This document shows, piece after piece, positions 1 through 10,103 of a stretch of 64,000 bases of DNA (its first letter is position 1; every line of letters starts with the position of its first letter). The position numbers and the translations under genes are program-made. Below the pieces are notes generated by a model that worked only from the letters and a program-made list of their open reading frames with translations, made no database searches and had not been told where the DNA came from. This DNA comes from Candidatus Velthaea sp. (lineage in GTDB: Bacteria > Vulcanimicrobiota > Vulcanimicrobiia > Vulcanimicrobiales > Vulcanimicrobiaceae), in the NCBI GenBank assembly GCA_965214935.1, contig CBDCCS010000020.1, forward strand, positions 1 to 64,000, read 5' to 3'.

Positions 1-10
1 AATCTATGCG

Positions 11-430
11 TTGACGGCATACTTGTTGACGTCGACCGTCGCGGGCCGGTATGTTTTCGCCGTCGGCGGCAACGAGCGCGCCGCAAAGCTGGCCGGCATC
101 GAAGCCGATCGGGTCAAAATCATCGTCTACGCCGTCAGCGGCTTCCTGGCCGGGCTCGCGGGGCTGCTACTGGCCGCGCACAACGCGCTGGCCGATCCAA
201 CCAACGACGGTGTGTACTTCGAGCTGGCAACCATTGCCGCGGTCGTCGTCGGCGGCACCTCGCTACTGGGCGGAGTGGGCGGCGTGTGGCGCACGCTGAC
301 CGGCGGCCTCATCCTCACCGTCTTGTACGCGCTGTTCATCCAAGTGGGTTTACCAACCCAGGCGCAGTTGATCGCTCAAGGACTGATCATCGCCGGAGCG
401 GTCATTCTTCAGGGCGGCGGGGACGCGTAA
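11..430 (+). CDS. Sugar ABC transporter permease (RbsC-like), 3' part; gene starts before the window
   Basis: Motifs GRYVFAVGGNERAAKLAGI and ELATIAAVVVGGTSLLGGVG; hydrophobic helices. Confidence 0.85.
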   Translation: MTAYLLTSTVAGRYVFAVGGNERAAKLAGIEADRVKIIVYAVSGFLAGLAGLLLAAHNALADPTNDGVYFELATIAAVVVGGTSLLGGVGGVWRTLTGGLILTVLYALFIQVGLPTQAQLIAQGLIIAGAVILQGGGDA

Positions 431-1492
431 ATGTCGGTGGATGGAACGAACGCGACGCAACCCGGCGGCGCGCTCGCGCCGGTGCGCGGGCGAACAAGTG
501 TGGCCCGCTTTATTCTCAACGAGAACGCGTTAACGCTGCTCGTTGTCCTCATCATCGCGTGCGGACTGCTGTCGCACAACTTTCTGAGCCCGCAGAATCT
601 CGCCAATCTCGCTGACCAGATGCCGATCTTTGCATTTTAGCGGCCGGACAACTCATCGTTATTTTAACCGGCGGCATCGATCTATCGGTCGGTTCGGTCT
701 TAGCGCTGTGCGCGTTTTTCGCCGCGGCCCTCTCGCATAATGGTCTACTGCCGGCGCTGATCGTGCCGGTCCTCGTCGGCGGCGGCGTCGGGCTTATCAA
801 CGGCTTCGGCGCGGCCTACACACGCGTTCCGCCGTTTATCATTACGCTTGCCATGTTGTCGATCGCGCGCGGGTTCGCGCTCCAAGCCGCAGCTTGGTAT
901 AATGGCGGGTCGATTACCGGCGCCGGCCGCATCACCGGTCAGCGCGAGCCGCGACTTTGGCTTTCCGCTGGTGAGTTCGGGATCGATCTTCGGCCTGCCG
1001 ATCGCGGCACTCATTGCCGTCGCGGTCTTCGCCGGGGTGGCCTACGTCTTGCGCTACGAACCATTCGGCAGGCACGTGTATGCCGTCGGCGGCAACGAAC
1101 CGGCGGCACTGCTGCTGGGCGTGAATGTCAAACGGGTGAAGTTGGCGGTGTACGCGATAAGCGGGATGCTGGCAGGTCTCGCGGGCGTGTTGTATGCGTC
1201 GCGCGAGGGTTCGGCGCCGCCGACCGCCGCGGGCGGCTACGAACTCGACGCGATCACCGCCGTCGTCGTGGGCGGCGCGCTGTTGACCGGCGGCGTCGGC
1301 ACCGTGCGCGGAACCGTCATCGGCTTGCTCATCGTGCGCATCTTACCGAATATTTTCAATCTGCTGGGGCTCGACCCGGCGTGGCAGCAAGTAGCGCGCG
1401 GCGGCGTGCTCATTGCGGTGGTCCTCATTCAACTGCCGATGATCGCCGCGAACGCGCGAAGCCGGTCCGCACGCTCCGCTGCCGTGACGTAA
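431..1492 (+). pseudogene. Second sugar ABC permease, split by two frameshifts (~633 and ~920); pseudogene or sequencing error
   Basis: Pieces in three frames: NFLSPQNLAN, ILAAGQLIVILTGGIDLSVGSV...PPFIITLAM, FGRHVYAVGGNEPAA...YELDAITAVVVGGALLTGG. Confidence 0.75.
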
Positions 1493-1578
1493 GCCGAAGC
1501 TTTTAGTCGACCCTCGGCCGCCCGACGTTCGCCGCCTACGCGCGCAGGAGCCGTCGGCTAACCGGGCAAGTTCGGCTC

Positions 1579-4267
1579 ATGATCTTGTCGCGATCGACCG
1601 TATTCTCGCTTCTGGCCGCGCTATTGAGTGCCGCGCTAACCGGTACCGCTGCCGCAGCGCCGCCTGCGCCGGCACCGGCTGCGCCGTTTTCGTTCGATGC
1701 AGCGCCGGGCCGGTTGCCCAAGACGGTGGTGCCGCTCGACTACGCTATCGCCATCACGCCCGACGCGACCGCGAAGACGCTCAGCGGCACCGAATCGATC
1801 GCGATCCAAGTGCGCAAGCCGACCGCGACGATCGTTTTTAATTCGCTCAACGAGCGGCTCACCGGAACAAGATTTGACGGCGCCGACGTCGCGAAAGTCG
1901 ACTCGAACGACGACACGCAGTTGACCACCGTAACGCTCGCCCGTCCGGCCGCGATCGGCCGGCACACATTGACGTTCGCCTATACGGGCAAGCTCGAAAC
2001 GAGTCCGCAAGGACTGTTCGTGCAACCGTATGCGAAGCCGGGTGGCGGCGACGGCGTTTTAATTTCCACCCAATTCGAGGCAACCGATGCGCGACGGATG
2101 TTTCCGTGTTGGGACGAACCGGCGTTTCGCGCCACCTATTCACTGACGGCAACGGTACCGGCGGCGTGGACCGTCACCTCGAACATGCCGGTGGCGAATC
2201 GCGTTGCGAACGGTGCGCTGGCAACCACGACGTTTTTGCGTTCACCGAAAATGCCGTCGTATTTAGTTGAATTTTCGGCCGGCGATTTAGCGCACATCAG
2301 CGGTCAGAGCGGCGCGACGAACATCGGCGTCTGGGCGGTGCGCGGCCAGGAGCAAGACGGACAAATCGCGCTGGCCAACGCGCAACAAATTCTCGCCGAC
2401 TACAACGAGTATTTCGGCTATGCGTTTCCGCTGCCGAAACTCGATTCGATTGCGATTCCAGGCGGCTTCAGCGGCGCGATGGAAAACTGGGGCGCCATCA
2501 CGTATAACGATCAGGTGTTGCTGGCAACGACGTCGAGCACCGTCGGCCAGCGTCAGGAGATCTTCAGCACCCAAGCTCACGAAATGGCGCATCAATGGAA
2601 TGGCGACCTGGTGACGATGGGCTGGTGGGACGATCTGTGGCTGAACGAAAGTTTCGCATCGTGGCGCGCGGCGAAAGAAACCGATCTGCGCAATCCGACT
2701 TGGAATTGGTGGGAAGTTCAAGACGCCGATAAAGAAGGCGCGATGGACGCCGACGCCCACACGACGTCGCATCCGATCCAGCAACATGTGACGGACGAGC
2801 TCAAAGCAATGAGCGCCTTCGATCCGGCGATCACGTATTCCAAAGGTCAAGCCGTATTGCGCATGCTCGAAGCGTACCTCGGTCCCGATACGTTCCGCGA
2901 CGGGATCCGTTCGTATATGAAGGCCCGCGCGTTTTCAAACGCAACGAGCGCCGACCTGTGGAACGCGCTAAGTTCGACGAGCGGCAAAGGACGTTGCCGG
3001 TATCGCTTCGAGCTGGATCGTGCAGCCGGGCTTTCCGCTGGTTTCCGTCGCCGCTTCATGCGATGCCGCCGGCCAACGCACGATCGCGCTGTCGCAAAAA
3101 CGTTTCCTCTTACGCGGCAGCGATCCGACCGCGGAACAGTGGAGCGTGCCGATCGATGTGCGTTCGGGCGGCAACGGCACGGCCCAAACCGTGCTGCTGA
3201 CACAAGACGGACAGCGGGTCGCGGCCGGTACGTGCAGCGAACCGCTAAGCATCAATGCCGGCGGCGTCGGCTATTATCGCGTGGCATACGACGACGCAAC
3301 GTTGGCGCTCAATTGGAAAAACTTCGCCGCGCTGCCGAATCCGGATAAGATCGTGCTGCTTGACGACCAATGGGCGCTCGTGCAGTCCGGCGCGGCGCGG
3401 CTGCCGTCATACCTCGCCTTAGCCGAATCCATGGGCAGCAATCTTGACGCGCGAGCGTGGGAGCAAATTGCCGATTCGCTCGGCACCATCGAACACGACG
3501 AGCGCGGAACGTCCGGCTACAAAGCGTTCGTCGCCTATGCGCGCAATTTGATCAAGCCCGTCGCGGATCAGCTCGGCTGGGATCCCAAGCCGACGGATGC
3601 GCCGGATGTGCGCGACCTGCGTCATCGCGTGTACGCGGATTTAGGTGTTTGGGGCGATCCGCAAATTGTGGCTGAGGCGCGCAAGCGCTTTATGGGATTC
3701 GTCGCGGATCGCAGCACGGTGGCGCCGGACGAACAACGGACGCTCTTGAGCATCGTGGCCGCGAGCGCCGATCAGGCGACGTTCGATCAGCTGCATACGA
3801 TCGCGAAATCAGCCAAGAACGAAACGGAAGTGCGGCGCTACTATTCGACGCTCGTCGGCGTCCGCGACCCCAAACTCAGCGCTCAGGCGCTGGCGATCGC
3901 GCTGTCACCGGAGATTCCCGCCCAAGCGGCAATGCTGCGGGTCGAACTCGTTGGGCGAGCCGGCGACTACGCGCCGCAACTGTCATGGCAAACCTTTACG
4001 AAGAACGTGGATATGCTGATGGCGCCGATGAGCAATTTCGCACCGATTGTGTTAGCGCAGTACATTCCGGCCGGTTATTGGGACGCCGTTCCGTTACCCG
4101 AACTTGAAGCATGGATCAAAGCGCACATTCCGGCTGAAATGGCACCCGAGCTGTCACGCGGCATGGAAAGCGCCCGCTTTTCAGTTACTCAGAAGGAGCA
4201 ACTCGTTCCGGCCGCCGATGCGTATGTCGCCGCCTCCGGTTTGCGGTATCGCGCCGGACGGAAATAG
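1579..4267 (+). CDS. Secreted M1 family aminopeptidase with ERAP1-like C-terminal domain; one frameshift near 2988
   Basis: Signal peptide, TQFEATDARRMFPCWDEP, GAMENWG, HEMAHQW...LWLNESFA (HExxH-18x-E); ORFs 1579..3348 and 3020..4267 join as SGKDVAGIASSWIVQPG if one base is removed. Confidence 0.9.
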
Positions 4268-4372
4268 TTCTGCGCGCGCGGACTATTTACGGCCGGCTCG
4301 GAACGTCTCTAGGCCGGTCGCGGTTGGCGTGGTCCGCGTTAACGGCGACGTCGGGCCATTAGCTTGGCCAGG

Positions 4373-4531
4373 AGATCGTCGGATTTATCCGACGGACAAC
4401 GACGGACGGCTTGGCGCAACTCTGACGCAACAAGTTTAACGAAGTTGAATTCCGAGCAGATCGTCGGGTTTTATCCGACGACCGGCTTGGCCGCAGCCCA
4501 AACGTAACAAGTTCAACAAAGTTGAACTCCC
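4373..4531. repeat. Two imperfect tandem ~75-80 bp units, each with two palindromes, upstream of fdhD
   Basis: Units 4373-4454 and 4458-4531; CGTCGG-atttat-CCGACG / TCGTCGG-gttttat-CCGACGA and AGTTTAAC-gaa-GTTGAATT / AGTTCAAC-aaa-GTTGAACT. Confidence 0.75.
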
Positions 4532-4702
4532 GGCTCGCTGCTTAGCCCAACTCGCCACCGTGACGCGGCAGTTTCCCGCTTCGGTGGTAAGCTCGCCGGA
4601 GCGGCAGACGAAATAGGCAATTCGCGCCCGTCGCGGTCGACCAAGCGTATGTGATAACTTTGCGCCGTTACGGCGAGCAGCGACGGCCGCAATGTACGTC
4701 GC

Positions 4703-5608
4703 ATGACCGCGACGGCCGACGACATAGGGAATGAAGTGTCCGCCGTGACCCGCACTCGCGCCGCCGATCGGGATACGCTTACGCCGGGTCATCCGCTGTT
4801 CGGACTCGGGTATGCGGAACCGGTATCGCTCCGGCCGTATGTGCGGCTCGCGAACGGCCTGGCCGAAATTAGCCAAACGCGGGTGGCCGAAGAGACCCCG
4901 GTTGCGCTGGTCTACAACGGCCGGCCGCACGCGGTCATGATGTGTACGCCCGCGGACATAAAAGATTTCGCGCGCGGCTTTACCATTACCGAAGCGATCG
5001 TCGCCGGCGCCGCGGAAATTCTTCGCATTACGCCCGTCCGCTATAGCCAAGGCATTGAAGTCGCCGTCGAGGTTCCGGCGGGGCGGGCCGACTCGCTGCG
5101 GGAGCGGGGCCGCTCGCTCGTTGGCCGCACCGGATGCGGCTTATGCGGCGTAACGACGATCGAGGATGCGTTGCGTCCCGGTCGCGAACTCGAGCCCGCC
5201 GCGCCCATCAGCGCCGCTGCGCTGTATCGGGCGGCGGCGGAATTGCCGGATCGGCAGCGGTACAATGACGGCACGGGCGCGGTCCACGCCGCGGCGTTCG
5301 CCGATCGGGCAGGCCACCTCGTGCTCGCCCGCGAGGATGTGGGCCGCCACAACGCACTTGACAAGCTCATTGGCGCCATGCTTGCCGCCGGCATCGACCC
5401 TCGCAGCGGTTTCGCCGTGGTCACGAGCCGTGCGAGTTACGAATTGGTACAGAAGTGTGCCGTCGCCGGAATTCCGGCGCTCGCCGCGGTCTCGCGGCCG
5501 ACGAATTTAGCCATCCGCATGGCCGAAGCTGCCGGTATTGGTTTAGCCGGCCTGGTCCGCGGAGCGAGCGCGAATGTCTATGGGCGTCGTGAGGCATTCG
5601 TGCCATGA
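4703..5608 (+). CDS. fdhD: Formate dehydrogenase accessory sulfurtransferase FdhD
   Basis: VAEETPVALVYNG..HAVMMCTP, GRTGCGLCG, TGAVHAAA, REDVGRHNALDKLIG. Confidence 0.93.
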   Translation: MTATADDIGNEVSAVTRTRAADRDTLTPGHPLFGLGYAEPVSLRPYVRLANGLAEISQTRVAEETPVALVYNGRPHAVMMCTPADIKDFARGFTITEAIVAGAAEILRITPVRYSQGIEVAVEVPAGRADSLRERGRSLVGRTGCGLCGVTTIEDALRPGRELEPAAPISAAALYRAAAELPDRQRYNDGTGAVHAAAFADRAGHLVLAREDVGRHNALDKLIGAMLAAGIDPRSGFAVVTSRASYELVQKCAVAGIPALAAVSRPTNLAIRMAEAAGIGLAGLVRGASANVYGRREAFVP

Positions 5609-6891
5609 CGGCGCAGCCGCAGGCACGCCCCGCTGTCGCATCGCGCGTCGATTTCCCGACCGCTCGCGAAGTTGCTTTGAAATACGCTCCACCGCTAGGA
5701 ACGCAGCGCGTCATGCTCGGTGACGCGGCCGGGCGGGTGTTGGCCCAGACGCTCGTCGCGAGCGACGACTTGGTGAACTTCGCGCGCTCGGCAATGGACG
5801 GCTATGCCGTGCGGGCAGCGGACGTACGCTCGGCTTCGCGGGCGTGTCCCGTCCGGCTGCCGTTGGGCCTTGAGCGAGCCTACGCCGGCAGCGCGGTTCG
5901 CACGCTGCTACCGGGAACCACACTGCACATCGCCACCGGCGGTGCCTTGCCTGATGGCGCCGATGCGGTGGTGCCGTTCGAAGACGTTCAGCTTCTGCCG
6001 GGCGCGATCCGGCTGCTCGAACCGGTCGGCTCGCGCGCCCACGTCTTCGAGGCGGGTGACGATGCGCGGCGCGGCGCGTTGCTAGCGGACGCCGGCGCAA
6101 CGCTGACACCCGGACTGTGCGGATTGCTGGCCGCGGGCGGCTTTGCGCACGTTTTGGTGCGGCGCCGGCCCCGGGTCGCGATCGTTTCCACCGGCGATGA
6201 ACTTGTCGACGTCGGCGCGCAGCCGCGACTCGGGCAAATCCGGAACAGCAACGCGGTGATGCTCGCTGCAGCACTTGCGCGAGACGGCGCTGTAGTGACG
6301 CGCCACGTTCATGCCCGCGATGCGACGGGCGCGCTACTCGCGGCGTTGTCCGAAGCATTCGCAGGTGCGGATCTGGTGATTACCACCGGAGGCGCATCGG
6401 CGGGGGAACGGGATCTCGTCAAAGACGCGCTGCGCAGTTTAGGAGGCACGTTTGCATTCGAATCGGTTGCGATGCGCCCCGCGAAACCGACGGCCATCGG
6501 AACGGTGGATGGAACGTTGGTTGCGGTGCTGCCGGGAAATCCAGCGGCGGCATATGTGGCGTATATGACGCTCGTGCGCGGTATGGTCCGGCAGCTCGGC
6601 GGCCGCAGCGATGTCGAGCCGGTGACCGTTGCAGCGTTACTTGAAGCGGGCCGGGTGCACCGTAAAGAGGCACGCCACTTCTTCATGTTCGGCCGGTTGC
6701 ACTTCACCGGCGGGCGCTTCCGCGTGCGACCGCTGGAGAATCAGTGCTCTTCGCTCACGCGAACCGCCGCCGATGCCAATGCGGTCATCGTTGTCGATCC
6801 GGGCAGCGGTTTTGTTGAAGTCGGCCAGGAGATTGTGGTTGAAGTTACCGACTGGGACGCGGTTGCGTTCGCGCATGCCAGGCACGACTAA
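5605..6891 (+). CDS. moeA: Molybdopterin molybdotransferase MoeA
   Basis: SAMDGYAVR, IATGGALPDGADAVV, STGDEL, IRNSN, ITTGGASAGERD, LPGNP; start overlaps the fdhD stop. Confidence 0.92.
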   Translation: MTAQPQARPAVASRVDFPTAREVALKYAPPLGTQRVMLGDAAGRVLAQTLVASDDLVNFARSAMDGYAVRAADVRSASRACPVRLPLGLERAYAGSAVRTLLPGTTLHIATGGALPDGADAVVPFEDVQLLPGAIRLLEPVGSRAHVFEAGDDARRGALLADAGATLTPGLCGLLAAGGFAHVLVRRRPRVAIVSTGDELVDVGAQPRLGQIRNSNAVMLAAALARDGAVVTRHVHARDATGALLAALSEAFAGADLVITTGGASAGERDLVKDALRSLGGTFAFESVAMRPAKPTAIGTVDGTLVAVLPGNPAAAYVAYMTLVRGMVRQLGGRSDVEPVTVAALLEAGRVHRKEARHFFMFGRLHFTGGRFRVRPLENQCSSLTRTAADANAVIVVDPGSGFVEVGQEIVVEVTDWDAVAFAHARHD

Positions 6892-6971
6892 CGAACAATG
6901 CATACGGCGCTGCGCCCGCTATCTACTTAGCGACTACGCAGCCGTCATCTGTCGCGGAAAGGTCGTGACGG

Positions 6972-7439
6972 CTATTCGGCCAGGGCTTTACGAAATTTAA
7001 TTAACCTTTCTGTTTCTTCAAAGCCGCAGCGAAGATGGGCGCGCAGTGACGTCTCGTTTCCCACTTCGGTATCGGACGCCAATTCAGCATAGCCGTGACG
7101 TCGGGCCCAAGCTTCCGCTGCATCCATCAGAGCTCGGCCGAGGCGTCGGCCGCGTAGGGCCGGCTCGACGTACCAACCTTCGACATGCGGCACCGGCGAT
7201 GAATCGCATCCGTCGGAGTATGCCCGCAAGCTTAACTCAAGAAAACCGTGCAACACGTTGTCTTCGGCAACGACCAACACCGCTGCGAGTGTTGAACTGG
7301 CTTCATCGAGTACGAAAGCGCGCGCTTCACGCCGAAGGTCGTCAATCTGAGCATCGGGCCAGAGCCGGTTGCGCAGCATCGACCAGCGTTCGAAATCATC
7401 GACTTCCACTGCGCGTATCACGAAGTTGCTAGACGTCAT
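6972..7439 (-). CDS. GNAT acetyltransferase resembling aminoglycoside 6'-N-acetyltransferases (AAC(6')-I type)
   Basis: WSMLRNRLWP, GFLELSLRAYSDGCDSSPVPHVEGWYV, ELASDTEVGN..SLRAH...GFEETER; ATG at 7439 preferred to the longer ORF start. Confidence 0.7.
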   Translation of the reverse strand: MTSSNFVIRAVEVDDFERWSMLRNRLWPDAQIDDLRREARAFVLDEASSTLAAVLVVAEDNVLHGFLELSLRAYSDGCDSSPVPHVEGWYVEPALRGRRLGRALMDAAEAWARRHGYAELASDTEVGNETSLRAHLRCGFEETERLIKFRKALAE

Positions 7440-7717
7440 ACGTAGAGTTCGGCAGCTTTGTTTCTGCAGCAGCGGATAACGTGATGTGGCTCGCGTCGTT
7501 ATTGTTACTTCTGCTTTCACTTCGGGCGATTCGATTCGACGCAATCAGACAGTAACGTTTTACTCTGTTTGAACTTGGCACGCCGAAGAATTAAAAAAGG
7601 ACGATAACTGAGCCTGCCGCGAGAGACGGATGTTGGAATCACCGTGTGACTCGCTTATGGCTTCACTTTTGAGCCAAGTTCGTTTTTGCATAAATGTCGA
7701 TTTTTCGTTCGTGGACC

Positions 7718-7746
7718 TTTACTTGTACCGACAAGAAGCGTACAGT
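7718..7746 (+). promoter_or_regulatory. Putative sigma70-type promoter
   Basis: TTTACT-17 bp-TACAGT in an AT-richer intergenic stretch. Confidence 0.4.
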
Positions 7747-7901
7747 TCAGACAGGTACAACGGCTTTTTGCAAAGGAGGGCGGCTTGGAACCGCAAGGTC
7801 CACCCAACCACCGAGAAGGAAGCGCGCAACAGTAGTGCACCAGAGGTGCCTCAACGCCGACGGACGTCTTCCGTAAGCGCGCGCCACGATATACATTAGA
7901 G

Positions 7902-7930
7902 AGAAGCCGTGGTCACGCGGCTTCTTTTTT
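7902..7930 (+). terminator. Rho-independent terminator
   Basis: AGAAGCCGTG-gtca-CGCGGCTTCT followed by a T-run. Confidence 0.8.
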
Positions 7931-8198
7931 GCCTAAGCCGCGCGACATAGTCATCTGCGATCTCATATTCCATTGCCGCCGGCAGTGCGGCCACGTCGCG
8001 CGTCCGACAACTTCGCGCTACTTTGATGTGCAGCATGATGTTTGTGTCGATAAGCAGACATAGGGCGCCGCTTAGAGAATCTCTGATCTCAACCCGTTTC
8101 TGCTTATTAACATAATTAGGATCGAGATAATCGCGACCGACGCGCTAATCGCTTGCCTTGGCGGCCGGCAGTGCCTCGGCGACTTCGTTACCGCTGCC

Positions 8199-8303
8199 CT
8201 AAAGCTCAGCCAGCGCGCGTTCGAGGTGGCTGAACGCGATGTGCTCTTGTTCGAGCGGGACAGTCGCGCCGAGTCGATCTTCACGCAAATCGGCATATAG
8301 GGC
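8199..8303 (-). pseudogene. 3' remnant of a Wadjet JetD-like (DUF3322/DUF2220) gene
   Basis: Hand translation ALYADLREDRLGATVPLEQEHIAFSHLERALAEL* resembles the recalled JetD C-terminal pattern (LY.DL...RLG...RLEQE.I.F); short match only. Confidence 0.55.
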
Positions 8304-8572
8304 GCCTAACACTGCGCTTCGACGACGTCGTAGGCGCCCGCGATGGGTTCGTTAAGCCGGAACGCAAGCATGTCGCTGCGCTGCTCGAATTCGGCCGAGA
8401 AGCGAGCGGTGAGGATCCACTCGTCGTACATTGTCATGCCGGCCTGTCGCGCTCGACTGCGTTGTTGGTGACGTTGCTGGCACAACGCCGACCGGGAGCA
8501 GCGGCGGCGGCTTTTGCCGCGAAGTAACGCGATGGACTTCTCATTCGGTTCGGAACACATGCGAATGCTCCG

Positions 8573-9010
8573 TCACAATCGCGCCTGGTGAATAAGCCCT
8601 TCGCCCGTCGCTGCTGCGTTTAGCCGTTGATCGAACGAGAGAAAGTCCAACTCCGTAATATCGGTTTGTAGCTCTTTGGCGGTCGCGAGATGCCAAAGAT
8701 CGGCGCCTCGAAGCGGCCACTTACGCGCTAGCGACGTAAGCGAACTCCAGCTCGGCCCAACGTTGATGCGACGCCACGGACCCGTTTGGAGCGTTGCTCG
8801 CGCCGAATCAACGAGCGTCCGGGAAAGGGCGCCCTCCCGCTCGATGCGGCTCATGACGGCGTGCGCTTCTGCCCAGCCAAGGGACGTGACGAAGTGATAT
8901 CCGTCGCTGCGCGCGTGCGCTGAAGCTCGCGCGCTGTGCGCGTCCGAAAAGAGCGCAGACAGAACGGCCGACGTATCCCAATACGTTGCCCGATCGACGG
9001 TCCGCCTCAC
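8573..9010 (-). CDS. PIN-domain VapC family toxin
   Basis: YWDTSAVLS, E at helix 2, LRGADLWHLATA, FLSFDQRL. Confidence 0.85.
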   Translation of the reverse strand: MRRTVDRATYWDTSAVLSALFSDAHSARASAHARSDGYHFVTSLGWAEAHAVMSRIEREGALSRTLVDSARATLQTGPWRRINVGPSWSSLTSLARKWPLRGADLWHLATAKELQTDITELDFLSFDQRLNAAATGEGLIHQARL

Positions 9011-9321
9011 GCGAGCGAATCGCGATCGCGTTCCAGCATTTTTTGTGCAAGCCCGGATTGCAATGGAAGGGGCGGCGGCAGCGGTAAGACGTCCGCGTGC
9101 GCCGGTTCAATTGTTCCGTTTTCTTCTAGCCGCGCAAGACGCTGAGCGAATGACATCGTGCCGCGAGCGATCGGCACGAGACGCGCGACCGGCTTTCCGC
9201 GCTCGGTAATTGTCCACTCCTCACCGTCTTGCACATCTTGCAGCAAGCGGCTCAGCTGCGCTTTCGCATCGCGAACTCCCACAAAGCGCCGTCGTAGCGG
9301 CTTCCGTCCGGTAGTCTTCAT
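9007..9321 (-). CDS. Phd/YefM family antitoxin
   Basis: VGVRDAKAQLSRLLQDVQDGEEWTITERGKPVARLVP; 4-bp overlap with the toxin. Confidence 0.88.
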   Translation of the reverse strand: MKTTGRKPLRRRFVGVRDAKAQLSRLLQDVQDGEEWTITERGKPVARLVPIARGTMSFAQRLARLEENGTIEPAHADVLPLPPPLPLQSGLAQKMLERDRDSLA

Positions 9322-9340
9322 GACTACAGAGTATTGTAGT
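9311..9340. promoter_or_regulatory. Overlapping inverted repeats at the antitoxin start; likely TA autoregulatory operator
   Basis: GTAGTC-ttcat-GACTAC and ACTACA-gagtat-TGTAGT. Confidence 0.55.
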
Positions 9341-9389
9341 TCTTGTAACCATGTCAATGCCGGGTCCGACCTTCGATTCGAAGCCGGAC

Positions 9390-9625
9390 TTCCAGCGAGC
9401 TCGTCGCGCGTCGTGGCGAAGAGTCGCCTTCGGGCTCGGCGTCGATCTAACTGACGTCCAACCCGCTGCAAGGCGACACCGATCGAACATGGCGATCGAG
9501 TTGGACGACGAGGTCGACGGAGCCGATGTCGATGCCGAGTTTGAGCGACGCCGTGGCGACGACGGCCCGCACGTCGCCCGTCTTGAGCCGGTTCTCCGTC
9601 GCGAAGCGAATGTCGCGTGAATGGC
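9390..9625 (-). pseudogene. Internal fragment of an Lhr-type DEAD/DEAH helicase
   Basis: ENRLKTGDVRAVVATASLKLGIDIGSVDLVVQL, then in another frame LQRVGR...RLFATTRDEL (motifs V/VI). Confidence 0.7.
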
Positions 9626-9699
9626 TGCAGTGATGCGGCAGCATGACGCGCCGATATGTTGCGGCCTTTATAGCCCCGCTCAAGACAAAGCTCTAAAAT

Positions 9700-10010
9700 C
9701 CGAAGGCCGTGTAAATGCATCGCATGGGGTTCGAGTGCGCCGTTCACAACGCGGTAGCGCACGGTCGAACCGTGCTTGAATGCTAAATGCTCCGTCGCCG
9801 GCCAGGACCGGCCGTTGATCGCCTCCAGCTCGTATAAGAGGTGCGGCGAACCGTCTTTTTCCATCACGCTCATTCACGTGTTGATCACCAACACGCGATC
9901 GTTGGGTCGCGGCCGGTGCGGTGCGTCGACGACGATCGCGTCCGATAACCGGGCATCGGACCATCCTCGTCGCAAGCGACTGGCTCTTGTCCGAGGCCAA
10001 TAAAGATACG
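9700..10010 (-). pseudogene. Multicopper-oxidase-like fragment, paralogous to 23484-24420
   Basis: AINGRSWPATEHL...VRYRVVNGALEPHAMHLHG; in-frame stop. Confidence 0.65.
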
Positions 10011-10103
10011 TTCCGGGCCGCCGGCAAGGTACAAGCGGCGAAGCCGTTAGCAAAGGAACACAGCCCCAGGGCCGCATGGGCCCGTCCACCGAAGCCGATC
10101 AAT

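Noticed and set aside
4373..4531. CRISPR array
   Set aside because: Only two degenerate units, the linkers are similar to each other, and there are no cas genes in the window
9007..9873. 288-aa ORF as a real oxidase-helicase-antitoxin fusion
   Set aside because: Chance open frame across two pseudogene fragments; the antitoxin has its own ATG and operator at 9321
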